A stretch of DNA of 50,952 nt from Alphaproteobacteria bacterium (lineage in GTDB: Bacteria; Pseudomonadota; Alphaproteobacteria; Rs-D84): contig JAFGMU010000010.1 in NCBI GenBank assembly GCA_016927395.1, positions 1 to 50,952 of the forward strand, given 5' to 3'. The notes below the pieces were generated by a model. It ran no database searches, was not told the DNA's origin, and saw nothing but the letters and a program-made list of their open reading frames with translations. Positions within the stretch are counted from its first letter, which is position 1; every line of letters begins with the position of its first letter. Shown here in pieces: positions 19,453 through 27,725 of the stretch. The position numbers were made by a program, and so were the translations under genes.

Positions 19453-19480
19453 TAAAAACGCCCCAAACGGGGCGTTTTTA
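19453..19480. terminator. bidirectional intrinsic terminator
   Basis: ACGCCCC-AAAC-GGGGCGT stem flanked by A- and T-runs, between convergent ppdK and the 19495-19956 gene. Confidence 0.85.
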
Positions 19481-19494
19481 TTATAAATTTTTCA

Positions 19495-19956
19495 TTATGC
19501 ATATTGTAATTCTAAACTTCTATTGGCAGCAATTACTGTATGCGAATTTTTTATTTTGTTAAAAGTATTTCTTGCGGAAATTAAAGCTCTATCAATATAC
19601 CCAAGATCAATCAATTTAAGACGAATTTCTTCATTGTTAATTTCTGCTGGGGTTGTTTTTTTTATTTTTTCAACAATTGGTGAATCAATTCTATCAAAGT
19701 CTCTCAATTGTTGTTCAAGTTGTATAAGTAATTCTTTTGAAACGTTTGCTTTTTCTAGTAATGAAACTTCTATTTGTGTACATGTTAATATTATCTCTTG
19801 TGATTTTTCAAAACTTTTTGCCAATAAAGAAGAAATGTTTTCTTGATCATGAAAATTTATACTTATACTGGGTTTTCCAAAATTATATGTTTGTTTAGTT
19901 CTAGTTGAATAATAAGCAGATAATTTTTTTCTTATCGACAAGATAATATTGTTCAT
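19495..19956 (-). CDS. orphan hypothetical protein (153 aa)
   Basis: ATG preceded by AAGGAGGAG. Helical, Lys/Glu/Ile-rich, with no signal peptide. Much more AT-rich than ppdK. No family recognised. Confidence 0.55.
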   Translation of the reverse strand: MNNIILSIRKKLSAYYSTRTKQTYNFGKPSISINFHDQENISSLLAKSFEKSQEIILTCTQIEVSLLEKANVSKELLIQLEQQLRDFDRIDSPIVEKIKKTTPAEINNEEIRLKLIDLGYIDRALISARNTFNKIKNSHTVIAANRSLELQYA

Positions 19957-20138
19957 ATGTTTCTCCTCCTTACATATTACGAAACTAATCCTAGGACCAT
20001 ATGCAAATTTTGCAACAACAGAAATATACTTTTACAACTTGACGATGTGATTTTTTTTGTTATGAAATAATTTTTTCATTTAATAGAACCCAAGTATTCT
20101 GAGATATTCAGCAGTTTTTAATAATGATTTTTTTGACA

Positions 20139-20182
20139 TGTATATACAAAAAAAAATAATAAAAAAAATCGTGTATATACAA
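20139..20182. repeat. two copies of TGTATATACAA (10-bp palindrome core) 33 bp apart
   Basis: Exact 11-mers at 20139-20149 and 20172-20182, in the intergenic region between two orphan genes. Confidence 0.8.
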
Positions 20183-20210
20183 CAAAACAAAATCAAATTT
20201 TTTTGTTTTT

Positions 20211-20618
20211 TTAATGATTAATTAGTGTTGATAATTCTTTTTGTAATATGATTTTTTTGCGCGAAAGAGTTGAGTATTCTTTTAAAAAAATTCTCAGTTT
20301 ATTACCATCTGTTTCTTTTGATAGTAATAAAATTTTTTCAATAGAATCATAATCTATGTTTTGGATCTCTTGATATAATATTAATAGTAAAGAATCAATT
20401 TTTTCTATGCCGACAGTTGTTTTGGAATTAACTTTTACTAAAATTGTGGAATTATAATTATTGTTTTCTTTTAAAACAATTTTTTGACTGTACAAAGGTA
20501 TTAATTCACGAATGTCCTGTATTAATTGCAGAGCGTTCATACATCTTAAAGTTTTTATTTCTGTTAAATCTGAAAAATCATAATTTTCGACTGTATCTCT
20601 GTATATATTGGTACCCAT
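20211..20618 (-). CDS. orphan hypothetical protein (135 aa)
   Basis: Start moved to ATG 20618 (GAGG 7 nt upstream). Extremely AT-rich. No recognisable domain. Confidence 0.5.
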   Translation of the reverse strand: MGTNIYRDTVENYDFSDLTEIKTLRCMNALQLIQDIRELIPLYSQKIVLKENNNYNSTILVKVNSKTTVGIEKIDSLLLILYQEIQNIDYDSIEKILLLSKETDGNKLRIFLKEYSTLSRKKIILQKELSTLINH

Positions 20619-20667
20619 TATATACCTCGTAATAAATATGAATATATTCATATTGTATCACTTTTGA

Positions 20668-20701
20668 TAAAAAAATAAAACCGTCACAAAAGGGCGGTTT
20701 A
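20668..20701 (-). terminator. intrinsic terminator downstream of tRNA-Lys
   Basis: On the minus strand: AAACCGCCC-TTTTGTG-ACGGTTT followed by TATTTTTTT. Confidence 0.7.
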
Positions 20702-20706
20702 ATTTC

Positions 20707-20782
20707 TGGTGGGCGCGTGGGGATTCGAACCCCAGACCCACTGATTAAGAGTCAGTTGCTCTACCAACTGAGCTACGCACCC
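20707..20782 (-). tRNA. tRNA-Lys (anticodon CTT), CCA encoded
   Basis: 76-nt cloverleaf read by hand. Acceptor GGGTGCG/CGCGCCC, D arm GCTC-AGTTGGTA-GAGC, anticodon arm ACTGA-CTCTTAA-TCAGT, T arm TGGGG-TTCGAAT-CCCCA. Confidence 0.93.
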
Positions 20783-20813
20783 GGGGTCACAATACGTCTA
20801 AAAAGACTTGCAG

Positions 20814-20841
20814 ATTATATATCTTTGTCTAATAAATGCAA
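20814..20841 (-). promoter_or_regulatory. sigma70-type promoter TTGCAT-16-TATAAT for tRNA-Lys
   Basis: Minus-strand hexamers at 20841-20836 and 20819-20814, about 30 nt upstream of the tRNA 5' end. Confidence 0.55.
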
Positions 20842-20879
20842 GTTTTTTATCTGTATTCCCCGGGTTATAAAAATTCATA

Positions 20880-21329
20880 CTAGCGTACATTTACCTTTCG
20901 TCGTTGATCTTTTGTGTTTATTGAATACATATTATTAGCTTGATTAGTCGCATTTTTTAATATCGTTTTTTCTTCTTTGGTCAACGGTCTTAGTAATCCG
21001 GATTTTTTTATATAACGCAGGGAAGATATCTCTACTGTATAATCTTCATCCGGAGAAAGTTTAGCGTTTAGTGTTTTTTTTGATTTTATAATATTTTCTT
21101 TTTCGATTCCTGTTAATTTTCTTATTTCTTCTATATCTTTTATAACAGAATCTACAATGCTGCTAGCTTCGGAAATTATCGGACTGGTAATGTAGCTTGC
21201 AAAGTTTTTTGATCTCGCTACATCCAGCTCATGTTTTAGTTTTGCTTTTAAAAACGATAAAACGGTTTCTAAGTCCCTTTTTGCAGAAATTTTGTTACTA
21301 GCTCTTTTAAGGCTGAAAATATGATACAT
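20880..21329 (-). CDS. orphan hypothetical protein (149 aa)
   Basis: Start moved to ATG 21329 (AAGGAG 6 nt upstream). Helical and Lys-rich. No recognisable domain. Confidence 0.55.
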   Translation of the reverse strand: MYHIFSLKRASNKISAKRDLETVLSFLKAKLKHELDVARSKNFASYITSPIISEASSIVDSVIKDIEEIRKLTGIEKENIIKSKKTLNAKLSPDEDYTVEISSLRYIKKSGLLRPLTKEEKTILKNATNQANNMYSINTKDQRRKVNVR

Positions 21330-21487
21330 TTTCGTCTCCTTTCTTGGGTTCAATTACTATGTAGGCACCAAAAGAACTTTTTCAAGAAGCCCAAAAAATC
21401 TAAAAGTTTTAATTTGTATATCTTTTTGAAATCACAAAAAAATATCTTTAAGAAAAAAATCCTATTTGCTAGCCTGTATATCCGGAG

Positions 21488-23056
21488 ATGAGAAAAGTAT
21501 TTATATTTTTAATTGCATCAATTATTAATATCGCCGCATTTGCACAAGAATCATTTTTGATTGGCGGTGATAATTTTGACGTTTTGAATGATTTAACAGT
21601 TTCTGAAGATTTTGCAATTTATTCAACGAATCTTAATATAAAAAATTCGATTTACCTTCAAAACCTTGGTGAAATTACCAGTAATGTATTTGTTTGTGAT
21701 GGTTGCAGGTTAAATGTTCAAAATAGCGGAATTATGTCCGGTGATATAAGTCTGGGCGAACATTCAGAATTGGTTCAAGTAATAAAAATGAACTCTGATA
21801 TAACACAGATGAATGTTATAAATTCTGACTATTCAATTTTAATACAAGGCGGCGAGTTGGTGAATCTTTCCGATGTTTTGCCAATTTCTGGGGGTACAAG
21901 TAAAATAGTTTTAGATAATACTGTTATTTTGATTGATAACGTAACATCCGATACAACAGTAAGAAATATAACACCAAGAAATGTTGAATTATTAGGAAAT
22001 GTAAAAATCAAATTAAATAATTCAAATGATTTAGATGGTGCTGTTTTATTATCAAATGTTTCTGGTGATGGGGCCGTTACAGTTGATGTTTATGGATTGG
22101 ATCCGCTTTATAATGCTATGGTTGAACGTCGTGACGGTGATATTTATCTTAAAATTTATCGAGAAACAGACTATCAGAAATTGCTGGGTGATTCGCGAGG
22201 AGAATTCATAAATAACTTACGAACCAGTTCGCCATATAATCCAACAATACGTGCAATTGACAGAGCAGGTAGTATTTCTGAAATTTATGGAATACTTGGA
22301 AAATCAGTCATATTAAATCCAATAAACTTGATGCACCCGATAAAATTATTTAATGAATTTGAAAATACAAAGTTTTCCGAAATAAAAAACCGAAGAAAAT
22401 CCGAAAGCGTGTCAGCAATAATAGAGCCTATTTATATATTCTCGAATGGTTTAAGTATGTATGCGGCAAAATCTACAATTATTAACACGACTAGAAATTT
22501 TCTTTTTTCTATATCTGGCTATGGTGGATATTTTAATGTGTCCGACGATATAAACGAATATTCTGGCAGTTTTTATGGTGGTGATATTCGTGTCAAGTAC
22601 GATAATAAATATATGTGGTTTGATAATAAATTTGGTTATACAAAGTCTAATTTTAACGCTGGAACAATACTGGAAGATAATACGGTAATAAATAATCCCC
22701 AAGGTAACATGATTTATGGTTTCTCAAACATTGGGGTAAAATTTAGATATGATGGATTTTATTTGTCACCGTATGTTGGATTTGGCAGTACCCAAGAATC
22801 CGTTGCCCATGAATACGATTCTTCTGTTTTTGGCGACATTGGATGTGTTTTTGGATTTAATGTTATGAATATGGGTTTGTTATACAGGTATTCTGCATTT
22901 ATTAATTCACAAACCGATAAGATAATAAGCGGTGGATTAAAAATGGAAGTTTGGTCAATAGATGATGCAGCCGGTGGAAGCTTGATTTATCAAGTAATAC
23001 AGGATGAAATTGGACTTTCAAACAAAATTTCATTTAATCTGAAATTCAGTTTTTAA
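21488..23056 (+). CDS. autotransporter-like outer-membrane protein
   Basis: 522 aa. Signal peptide ...NIAAFAQE. The Asn/Val/Ser/Gly-rich N-terminal half has beta-helix-like repeats (VQNSGIMSGDISLG). The C-terminal ~250 aa have alternating hydrophobicity and Gly/aromatic-rich strands, ending NLKFSF (terminal Phe). Confidence 0.65.
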   Translation: MRKVFIFLIASIINIAAFAQESFLIGGDNFDVLNDLTVSEDFAIYSTNLNIKNSIYLQNLGEITSNVFVCDGCRLNVQNSGIMSGDISLGEHSELVQVIKMNSDITQMNVINSDYSILIQGGELVNLSDVLPISGGTSKIVLDNTVILIDNVTSDTTVRNITPRNVELLGNVKIKLNNSNDLDGAVLLSNVSGDGAVTVDVYGLDPLYNAMVERRDGDIYLKIYRETDYQKLLGDSRGEFINNLRTSSPYNPTIRAIDRAGSISEIYGILGKSVILNPINLMHPIKLFNEFENTKFSEIKNRRKSESVSAIIEPIYIFSNGLSMYAAKSTIINTTRNFLFSISGYGGYFNVSDDINEYSGSFYGGDIRVKYDNKYMWFDNKFGYTKSNFNAGTILEDNTVINNPQGNMIYGFSNIGVKFRYDGFYLSPYVGFGSTQESVAHEYDSSVFGDIGCVFGFNVMNMGLLYRYSAFINSQTDKIISGGLKMEVWSIDDAAGGSLIYQVIQDEIGLSNKISFNLKFSF

Positions 23057-24335
23057 TTTTTCCACGAAGCGAAGATTTATTTGCAGCTGTGATTTCTATA
23101 TTAACCAGATTCGGAATTTTCCCAAAAGATGGTTTTTCAACAATACACTGCTGCATGTATGGTGTCCTAAACAGCAAGTGTTTTCCTGTTTTATCTGGAC
23201 CTTCGCACAGACATTCAAAAGTTTTTCCAATACAAGATTCATTAAATTCGCGCTGAATATCATTTAAGTATCCATCCAGCATTTTTAACCGTTCACGTTT
23301 TATATTATCTGGAATCTGGTCTTTCATTAATGCCGCTGCTGTATGGGGACGGGGTGAATATTTGAAAGAATAAGAATTTATGTATTTCACCTGGCGGGCA
23401 ATGTTCATTGTTTGTTCGAAATCCGAATCGGTTTCCCCTGGGAATCCAACAATAAAATCACTAGATATTTGAATATCTGGTCTGATAGCCCTTAATTTAT
23501 CTATAATATCTATATATAGATTCAGTGAATATGGTCGATTCATTCTTGTCAATACATTGATTGAACCACTTTGTATAGGCAAATTCAAGAAAGGTAGTAA
23601 TTTTGGCTGATTTCCGAACATTTTTATCAAATCATCGGTCATTTCTGTTGGGTAACTGGACGTAAATCTGATTCGTTTTACGGCATTTATCGCTGCTGTT
23701 TCGCGAATCAGGTCAGACAACATATAGTTTTCAAAGTGATAACCATTAACATTTTGCCCCAAAAAGCATATTTCAAATGCACCAGTGTCTGCTGCATGAT
23801 GTACATCGCGCATTACGTCGTCAAATGGACGTGATATTTCGCGTCCACGAGTGTATGGAACAATGCAATAAGTGCAACAGTGATTACAACCTTCTTGGAT
23901 TGGAATATATGAAACCAATGGCGATTCGACCATTTGTGGCATTTCATCAAATTTTTCTAATCCACCCAGATCGATATTTAGCAATTTGGAATCTGGATTT
24001 TCCAAAATTTCAGGCAATTTATGATAACTTTGTGGTCCCAGAACAAAATTAAGTTCAGGAATTCGCTTAAAAGCATCCGCGCCCGCTTCGCGGGCAACAC
24101 AACCAACAATTCCAAACAAGGCGTCAGGTTTTTTCGAATCGCGAATTCGTCCCAGTGCGCTGAAAACTTTGTTTGTTGCTTTTTCACGAACAGCACAAGT
24201 GTTCAGAATAATCAGATCAGCATCATTTGAATTATCAATTTGGGTCCAACCATTAACTTTTAACATATTGGAAATACGCTGCCCGTCATAAACGTTCATT
24301 TGGCAACCAAAAGTTTGTATAAAAAATTTTTTCAT
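23046..24335 (-). CDS. miaB: tRNA-i6A37 methylthiotransferase
   Basis: 429 aa. MTTase N-domain FGCQMN, radical SAM CNHCCTYC and a TRAM-like C-terminus. Confidence 0.93.
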   Translation of the reverse strand: MKKFFIQTFGCQMNVYDGQRISNMLKVNGWTQIDNSNDADLIILNTCAVREKATNKVFSALGRIRDSKKPDALFGIVGCVAREAGADAFKRIPELNFVLGPQSYHKLPEILENPDSKLLNIDLGGLEKFDEMPQMVESPLVSYIPIQEGCNHCCTYCIVPYTRGREISRPFDDVMRDVHHAADTGAFEICFLGQNVNGYHFENYMLSDLIRETAAINAVKRIRFTSSYPTEMTDDLIKMFGNQPKLLPFLNLPIQSGSINVLTRMNRPYSLNLYIDIIDKLRAIRPDIQISSDFIVGFPGETDSDFEQTMNIARQVKYINSYSFKYSPRPHTAAALMKDQIPDNIKRERLKMLDGYLNDIQREFNESCIGKTFECLCEGPDKTGKHLLFRTPYMQQCIVEKPSFGKIPNLVNIEITAANKSSLRGKIKN

Positions 24336-24409
24336 AATTTTAATAAACCTGATTTATTTTTAATAAATTGTTTAATTATATCATCATAGATATTTCATTC
24401 AATAATAAC

Positions 24410-24438
24410 TTGCCAATAAAAATATCTTTGTATACAAT
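24410..24438 (+). promoter_or_regulatory. sigma70-type promoter TTGCCA-17-TACAAT
   Basis: Hexamers at 24410-24415 and 24433-24438 with a 17-bp spacer, ~210 bp upstream of the next CDS. Confidence 0.55.
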
Positions 24439-24444
24439 TAAATT

Positions 24445-24625
24445 GTTAACGGGTGTTCCGTTAATGAGGCTTAGTAACCTCGCACATGTTATCGCAATTA
24501 TTTTTGTGATGAAAAATGCCTTCCGACTTTTTTGGTCGGGAGGGCGTCAGAATATATAAATATGACGCGCAATTCATGTGATTGTTACTAACCTCCCGAT
24601 CACCAGATTTTTCTGGTGATTTTTT
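24445..24625 (+). ncRNA. candidate ~180-nt structured RNA (cis-regulatory leader or sRNA), class unknown
   Basis: Bounded by the promoter above and the terminator at 24599-24625. Contains several hairpins (TTAACGG/CCGTTAA, CCGAC/GTCGG, GCGTCA/TGACGC), the helix TCGGGAGG(24536-43):CCTCCCGA(24592-99), and duplicated TA(G/C)TAACCTC boxes. Confidence 0.4.
24599..24625 (+). terminator. intrinsic terminator inside a 5' leader
   Basis: ATCACCAG-ATTTTT-CTGGTGAT followed by TTTTT. Ends 15 nt before the SD AAGGAGG (24640-24646). Confidence 0.75.
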
Positions 24626-24651
24626 CGTAATTTGAATCTAAGGAGGTCGTA

Positions 24652-25287
24652 ATGAAAAAAATTACAATATTTATTTCAATTTTCTTATTTATTTTTAACT
24701 CAGCATTAGGAGGATTAGCATGCCTAACCCCTATGGAAGGTTGTATGCATGATAGTGATTGTGGTGACGCTTGTGTTTGTTCATATAATAATCAATGTGT
24801 AGCCTTACAAAAAAGTTGTACTACTTATCTACCAATAGAAAATGGTGAAAGAAGAACTTGTACTGATTCACCACCTTGTTTAGACGATATTTGTACATAT
24901 GAAGAATGTAATTGTGATACAGGATATCATTCTGCTGGTTACTACCCAGAATGTTATTGTGAAGTTGACTGTACAGATTCAAATTGTAAAGATGGTGATT
25001 GGTTGTCGCATATGAATTATCCCGGTTATGAAGAAAAAATTAATAGACATTGCTCAGACGATATTTGTATAGAAACTAAATCCTATCGTTGTTATAAGGG
25101 GTATTTTGGAAATCCAACTAGTTTTATTAATGGTTGTGAAAAATGTTCAATAGCTACTGGAAATCCTGGTGCTACGTCAATGACAGGTTCAACATCTATA
25201 ACACAGTGCTATATTCCAACAGGATATAAAAGTTCAGATTATAGTGGAAGTTTTGAATATACTTCAAATTGCTATTATTCTTTATAA
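24652..25287 (+). CDS. secreted cysteine-rich protein with eukaryote-like Cys repeats
   Basis: 211 aa. Signal peptide, then about 23 Cys in patterned spacing. The C-terminal CYKGYFGNP...GCEKCSIATGNPGATSMTGSTSITQCYIPTGY resembles ephrin-receptor-like/furin-like repeats. Confidence 0.7.
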   Translation: MKKITIFISIFLFIFNSALGGLACLTPMEGCMHDSDCGDACVCSYNNQCVALQKSCTTYLPIENGERRTCTDSPPCLDDICTYEECNCDTGYHSAGYYPECYCEVDCTDSNCKDGDWLSHMNYPGYEEKINRHCSDDICIETKSYRCYKGYFGNPTSFINGCEKCSIATGNPGATSMTGSTSITQCYIPTGYKSSDYSGSFEYTSNCYYSL

Positions 25288-25292
25288 TAGTA

Positions 25293-25892
25293 TTAAGATT
25301 TATAATCTATATTTATTATATGAATTTTCTTATACATTCTTTGTTGGTAATCAAAGTTTTGAGGATTTGTTTTATAAGTAATATTGTCCGGTGAATAATC
25401 GCGCCAAGTTTCCAACATTTCCCATTTTGTGTCAATTACTTCATTTTTATTTATTTTTAATTTTTCAAGTTCATTAACTATGAATAAAAATGCAATATCA
25501 AAACAATCATGTGCAGGGTAGAAAATATCATTTTTTGTTCTTTCTGGAAAATTCCAACGAATTATATCAATTGGATCTGTTTGAACAATTTGTCCTTTTG
25601 TTCCAGATTCTTCAAATAATTCGGCGGTTGCAACACTTGCCAGATTCGGATTACCGTCCGCATGTCCACCAAATTGTTTATAAAATCCATGAATCTTGTG
25701 ATGCATTATCAAAGTCTTGGTAAAATTGGGGTTAACTACAAATGCGCTGGCAGTTATTGTAGGTTGTCCAGGGGTGCGATCAAAAATATTACCATTATAT
25801 TCAGATACAAATTTACGAAACTTTTCAATATCTGTACGTTCCAAATCATCAAAAGGAATATATTTATTCAAAAGAAAATCAACTGCATTCAT
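25293..25892 (-). CDS. NUDIX hydrolase
   Basis: 199 aa. Nudix box GGHADGNPNLASVATAELFEESG, in which the Arg of REUxEE is replaced. Confidence 0.8.
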   Translation of the reverse strand: MNAVDFLLNKYIPFDDLERTDIEKFRKFVSEYNGNIFDRTPGQPTITASAFVVNPNFTKTLIMHHKIHGFYKQFGGHADGNPNLASVATAELFEESGTKGQIVQTDPIDIIRWNFPERTKNDIFYPAHDCFDIAFLFIVNELEKLKINKNEVIDTKWEMLETWRDYSPDNITYKTNPQNFDYQQRMYKKIHIINIDYKS

Positions 25893-25903
25893 GATTTATC
25901 CTT

Positions 25904-26191
25904 TTATTTTGAAAAATTCTTTGGATCGAATTTTGTTTGTATTTTGTCGTGATTCCATAAATTTATTTGTTTTTTTGGTGGTTCAAAATCAAATTTTTCA
26001 ACCGTTGTAAAACCAGGCATAAAAAATTGTGGATTCAACCTGGTGTACAGTGGTTTATTATGAATTTTACCGTGTGTCTTTTTAGCCGCAAAAATACTTC
26101 CGAAAATAAGCATAATTATAAAAAGCGACAAGCTTGAAAGTGATTCTTCTGTTCCTGTATTTTGCAAAGATTGAATATCTTGTACCAGCAT
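25904..26191 (-). CDS. small membrane protein (95 aa)
   Basis: One TM segment (LSLFIIMLIFGSIFAA). Packed between gatB and the NUDIX gene in the same orientation. Confidence 0.45.
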   Translation of the reverse strand: MLVQDIQSLQNTGTEESLSSLSLFIIMLIFGSIFAAKKTHGKIHNKPLYTRLNPQFFMPGFTTVEKFDFEPPKKQINLWNHDKIQTKFDPKNFSK

Positions 26192-26195
26192 ACTT

Positions 26196-27713
26196 TTATC
26201 CCAGTTTTTCTTTCAGTATTTTATTAACAACTTCTGGATTTGCAGCGCCACCGGTTGCTTTCATGACTTGACCAACAAAGAATCCAATCAATCCAACTTT
26301 GCCGGATTTATATTGTTCAACCTGGGAAGCGTTTTTTGCAATTACATCATCAACAGCTGAAACAATTGCACCAGTATCAGACATTTGCTTTAATCCAAAT
26401 TTGTCAGCAATTTGTTTTGGTGATCCAGTTTCACCATCCAACATTTTAACAAATATATCCTTGGCCATTTTACCGTTGATTTCGTTTTCCGAAATCATAT
26501 CTACCAATTCTGCTAAATCTGATGGTGCAATTATTCGAATTGATTCATCACGTTGTATTGATTCGTCCAATACAAAATTTTCAGGATGAGCGAACAATTC
26601 TGAAATCATCCAATTTGCGATTGGTTTTGCACGCACTAATTTATCGCCGACCGCGGATTCGAACCAGTTTGAAATCTGTACGCTTTCTGTCAGACGTGCC
26701 GCGTCATATTCCGATAATCCCAGTTCTGACATATACCTTGCACGACGTACAGATGGCAGTTCTGGCAGGGTGGCACGTATGCGTTCAATCAAATCATCTT
26801 CGATAATCAATGGTAATAAATCTGGATCCGGGAAATAACGATAATCCAAAGCGTCTTCTTTACTGCGCATAACGGTTGTTGTACCAGAATCTTGGTTGTA
26901 ATGCATTGTATCCTGGGAAACAGTACCACCATTTTCAATTATTTCGATTTGGCGACGTGCTTCGTACTCGATCGCTGTTTTAATAAATTTGAATGAAACC
27001 ATATTTTTTGTTTCGGTTCTGGTTCCAAATTCGGCTGCACCAACGCGACGAACGGATACGTTTACGTCGGCACGCATTGAACCTTCTTCCATATTTGCGT
27101 TTGATACGCCCAGACTACGTGCGATTTCACGAATTTGACGCAGATATTTCTCGGCTTCATCGGGACTGGTTATATACGAATTATTTTCAGGATTTTTAGT
27201 ATCCAAAAAAGTAACAATTTCCAACAGTGCGACACCAGTTCTGTTATAATCGGCCATTGATTTGGTTGGATGTGCATCATGTTTTAATTTTCCAGCATCT
27301 TGTTCCAGATGTGCGCGTTCAATCAAAATCTTTTTTGGATTACCATCATCATCGGTTATTTCAACCCATCCACGACCAACAATTGGTGGTTCTTCTGCTG
27401 GTTGTGAAATCTGATAACCCTGGGGCAGGTCAGGATAGAAATATTGTTTTCTTGCAAATTTACTGCGTTTAGAAATTTCGGCATTCAATCCCAATCCCAT
27501 ACGAATCGCCTGTTCTACACAGTATTCATTTAAAACTGGTAACATTCCCGGCATTGCGGCATCAACAAAAGACGCCTGAGTATTTGCAGGAACCGATGGA
27601 TTATAATCAGCGGATGCCCCGCTGAACAATTTACTGTTGCTGGTAACTTCTATATGGGTTTCCAATCCAATAACTAATTCCCAATCACCTGTTTTACCTT
27701 TTATAGTGTACAT
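26196..27713 (-). CDS. gatB: Asp/Glu-tRNA amidotransferase subunit B
   Basis: 505 aa. VIGLETHIEV start of the GatB core and a C-terminal YqeY-like tail. Confidence 0.95.
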   Translation of the reverse strand: MYTIKGKTGDWELVIGLETHIEVTSNSKLFSGASADYNPSVPANTQASFVDAAMPGMLPVLNEYCVEQAIRMGLGLNAEISKRSKFARKQYFYPDLPQGYQISQPAEEPPIVGRGWVEITDDDGNPKKILIERAHLEQDAGKLKHDAHPTKSMADYNRTGVALLEIVTFLDTKNPENNSYITSPDEAEKYLRQIREIARSLGVSNANMEEGSMRADVNVSVRRVGAAEFGTRTETKNMVSFKFIKTAIEYEARRQIEIIENGGTVSQDTMHYNQDSGTTTVMRSKEDALDYRYFPDPDLLPLIIEDDLIERIRATLPELPSVRRARYMSELGLSEYDAARLTESVQISNWFESAVGDKLVRAKPIANWMISELFAHPENFVLDESIQRDESIRIIAPSDLAELVDMISENEINGKMAKDIFVKMLDGETGSPKQIADKFGLKQMSDTGAIVSAVDDVIAKNASQVEQYKSGKVGLIGFFVGQVMKATGGAANPEVVNKILKEKLG

Positions 27714-27725
27714 TTTTATTTTTCC

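Noticed and set aside
19445-21487. Looked for attL/attR-type direct repeats of the tRNA-Lys 3' end, an integrase, or IS ends that would prove the islet is a mobile element.
   Set aside because: No copy of the tRNA-Lys 3' sequence, no recombinase-like ORF and no terminal inverted repeats are visible. The islet is reported only as compositionally deviant orphan content.
24445-24625. Could this structured RNA be 6S, SRP (4.5S), RNase P or tmRNA?
   Set aside because: There is no SRP domain IV-like motif and no RNase P GGAGGAAAGTCC-type core. The 5' and 3' ends are not complementary, as a 6S closing stem would require. There is no tRNA-like end. It is therefore kept as an RNA of unknown class.
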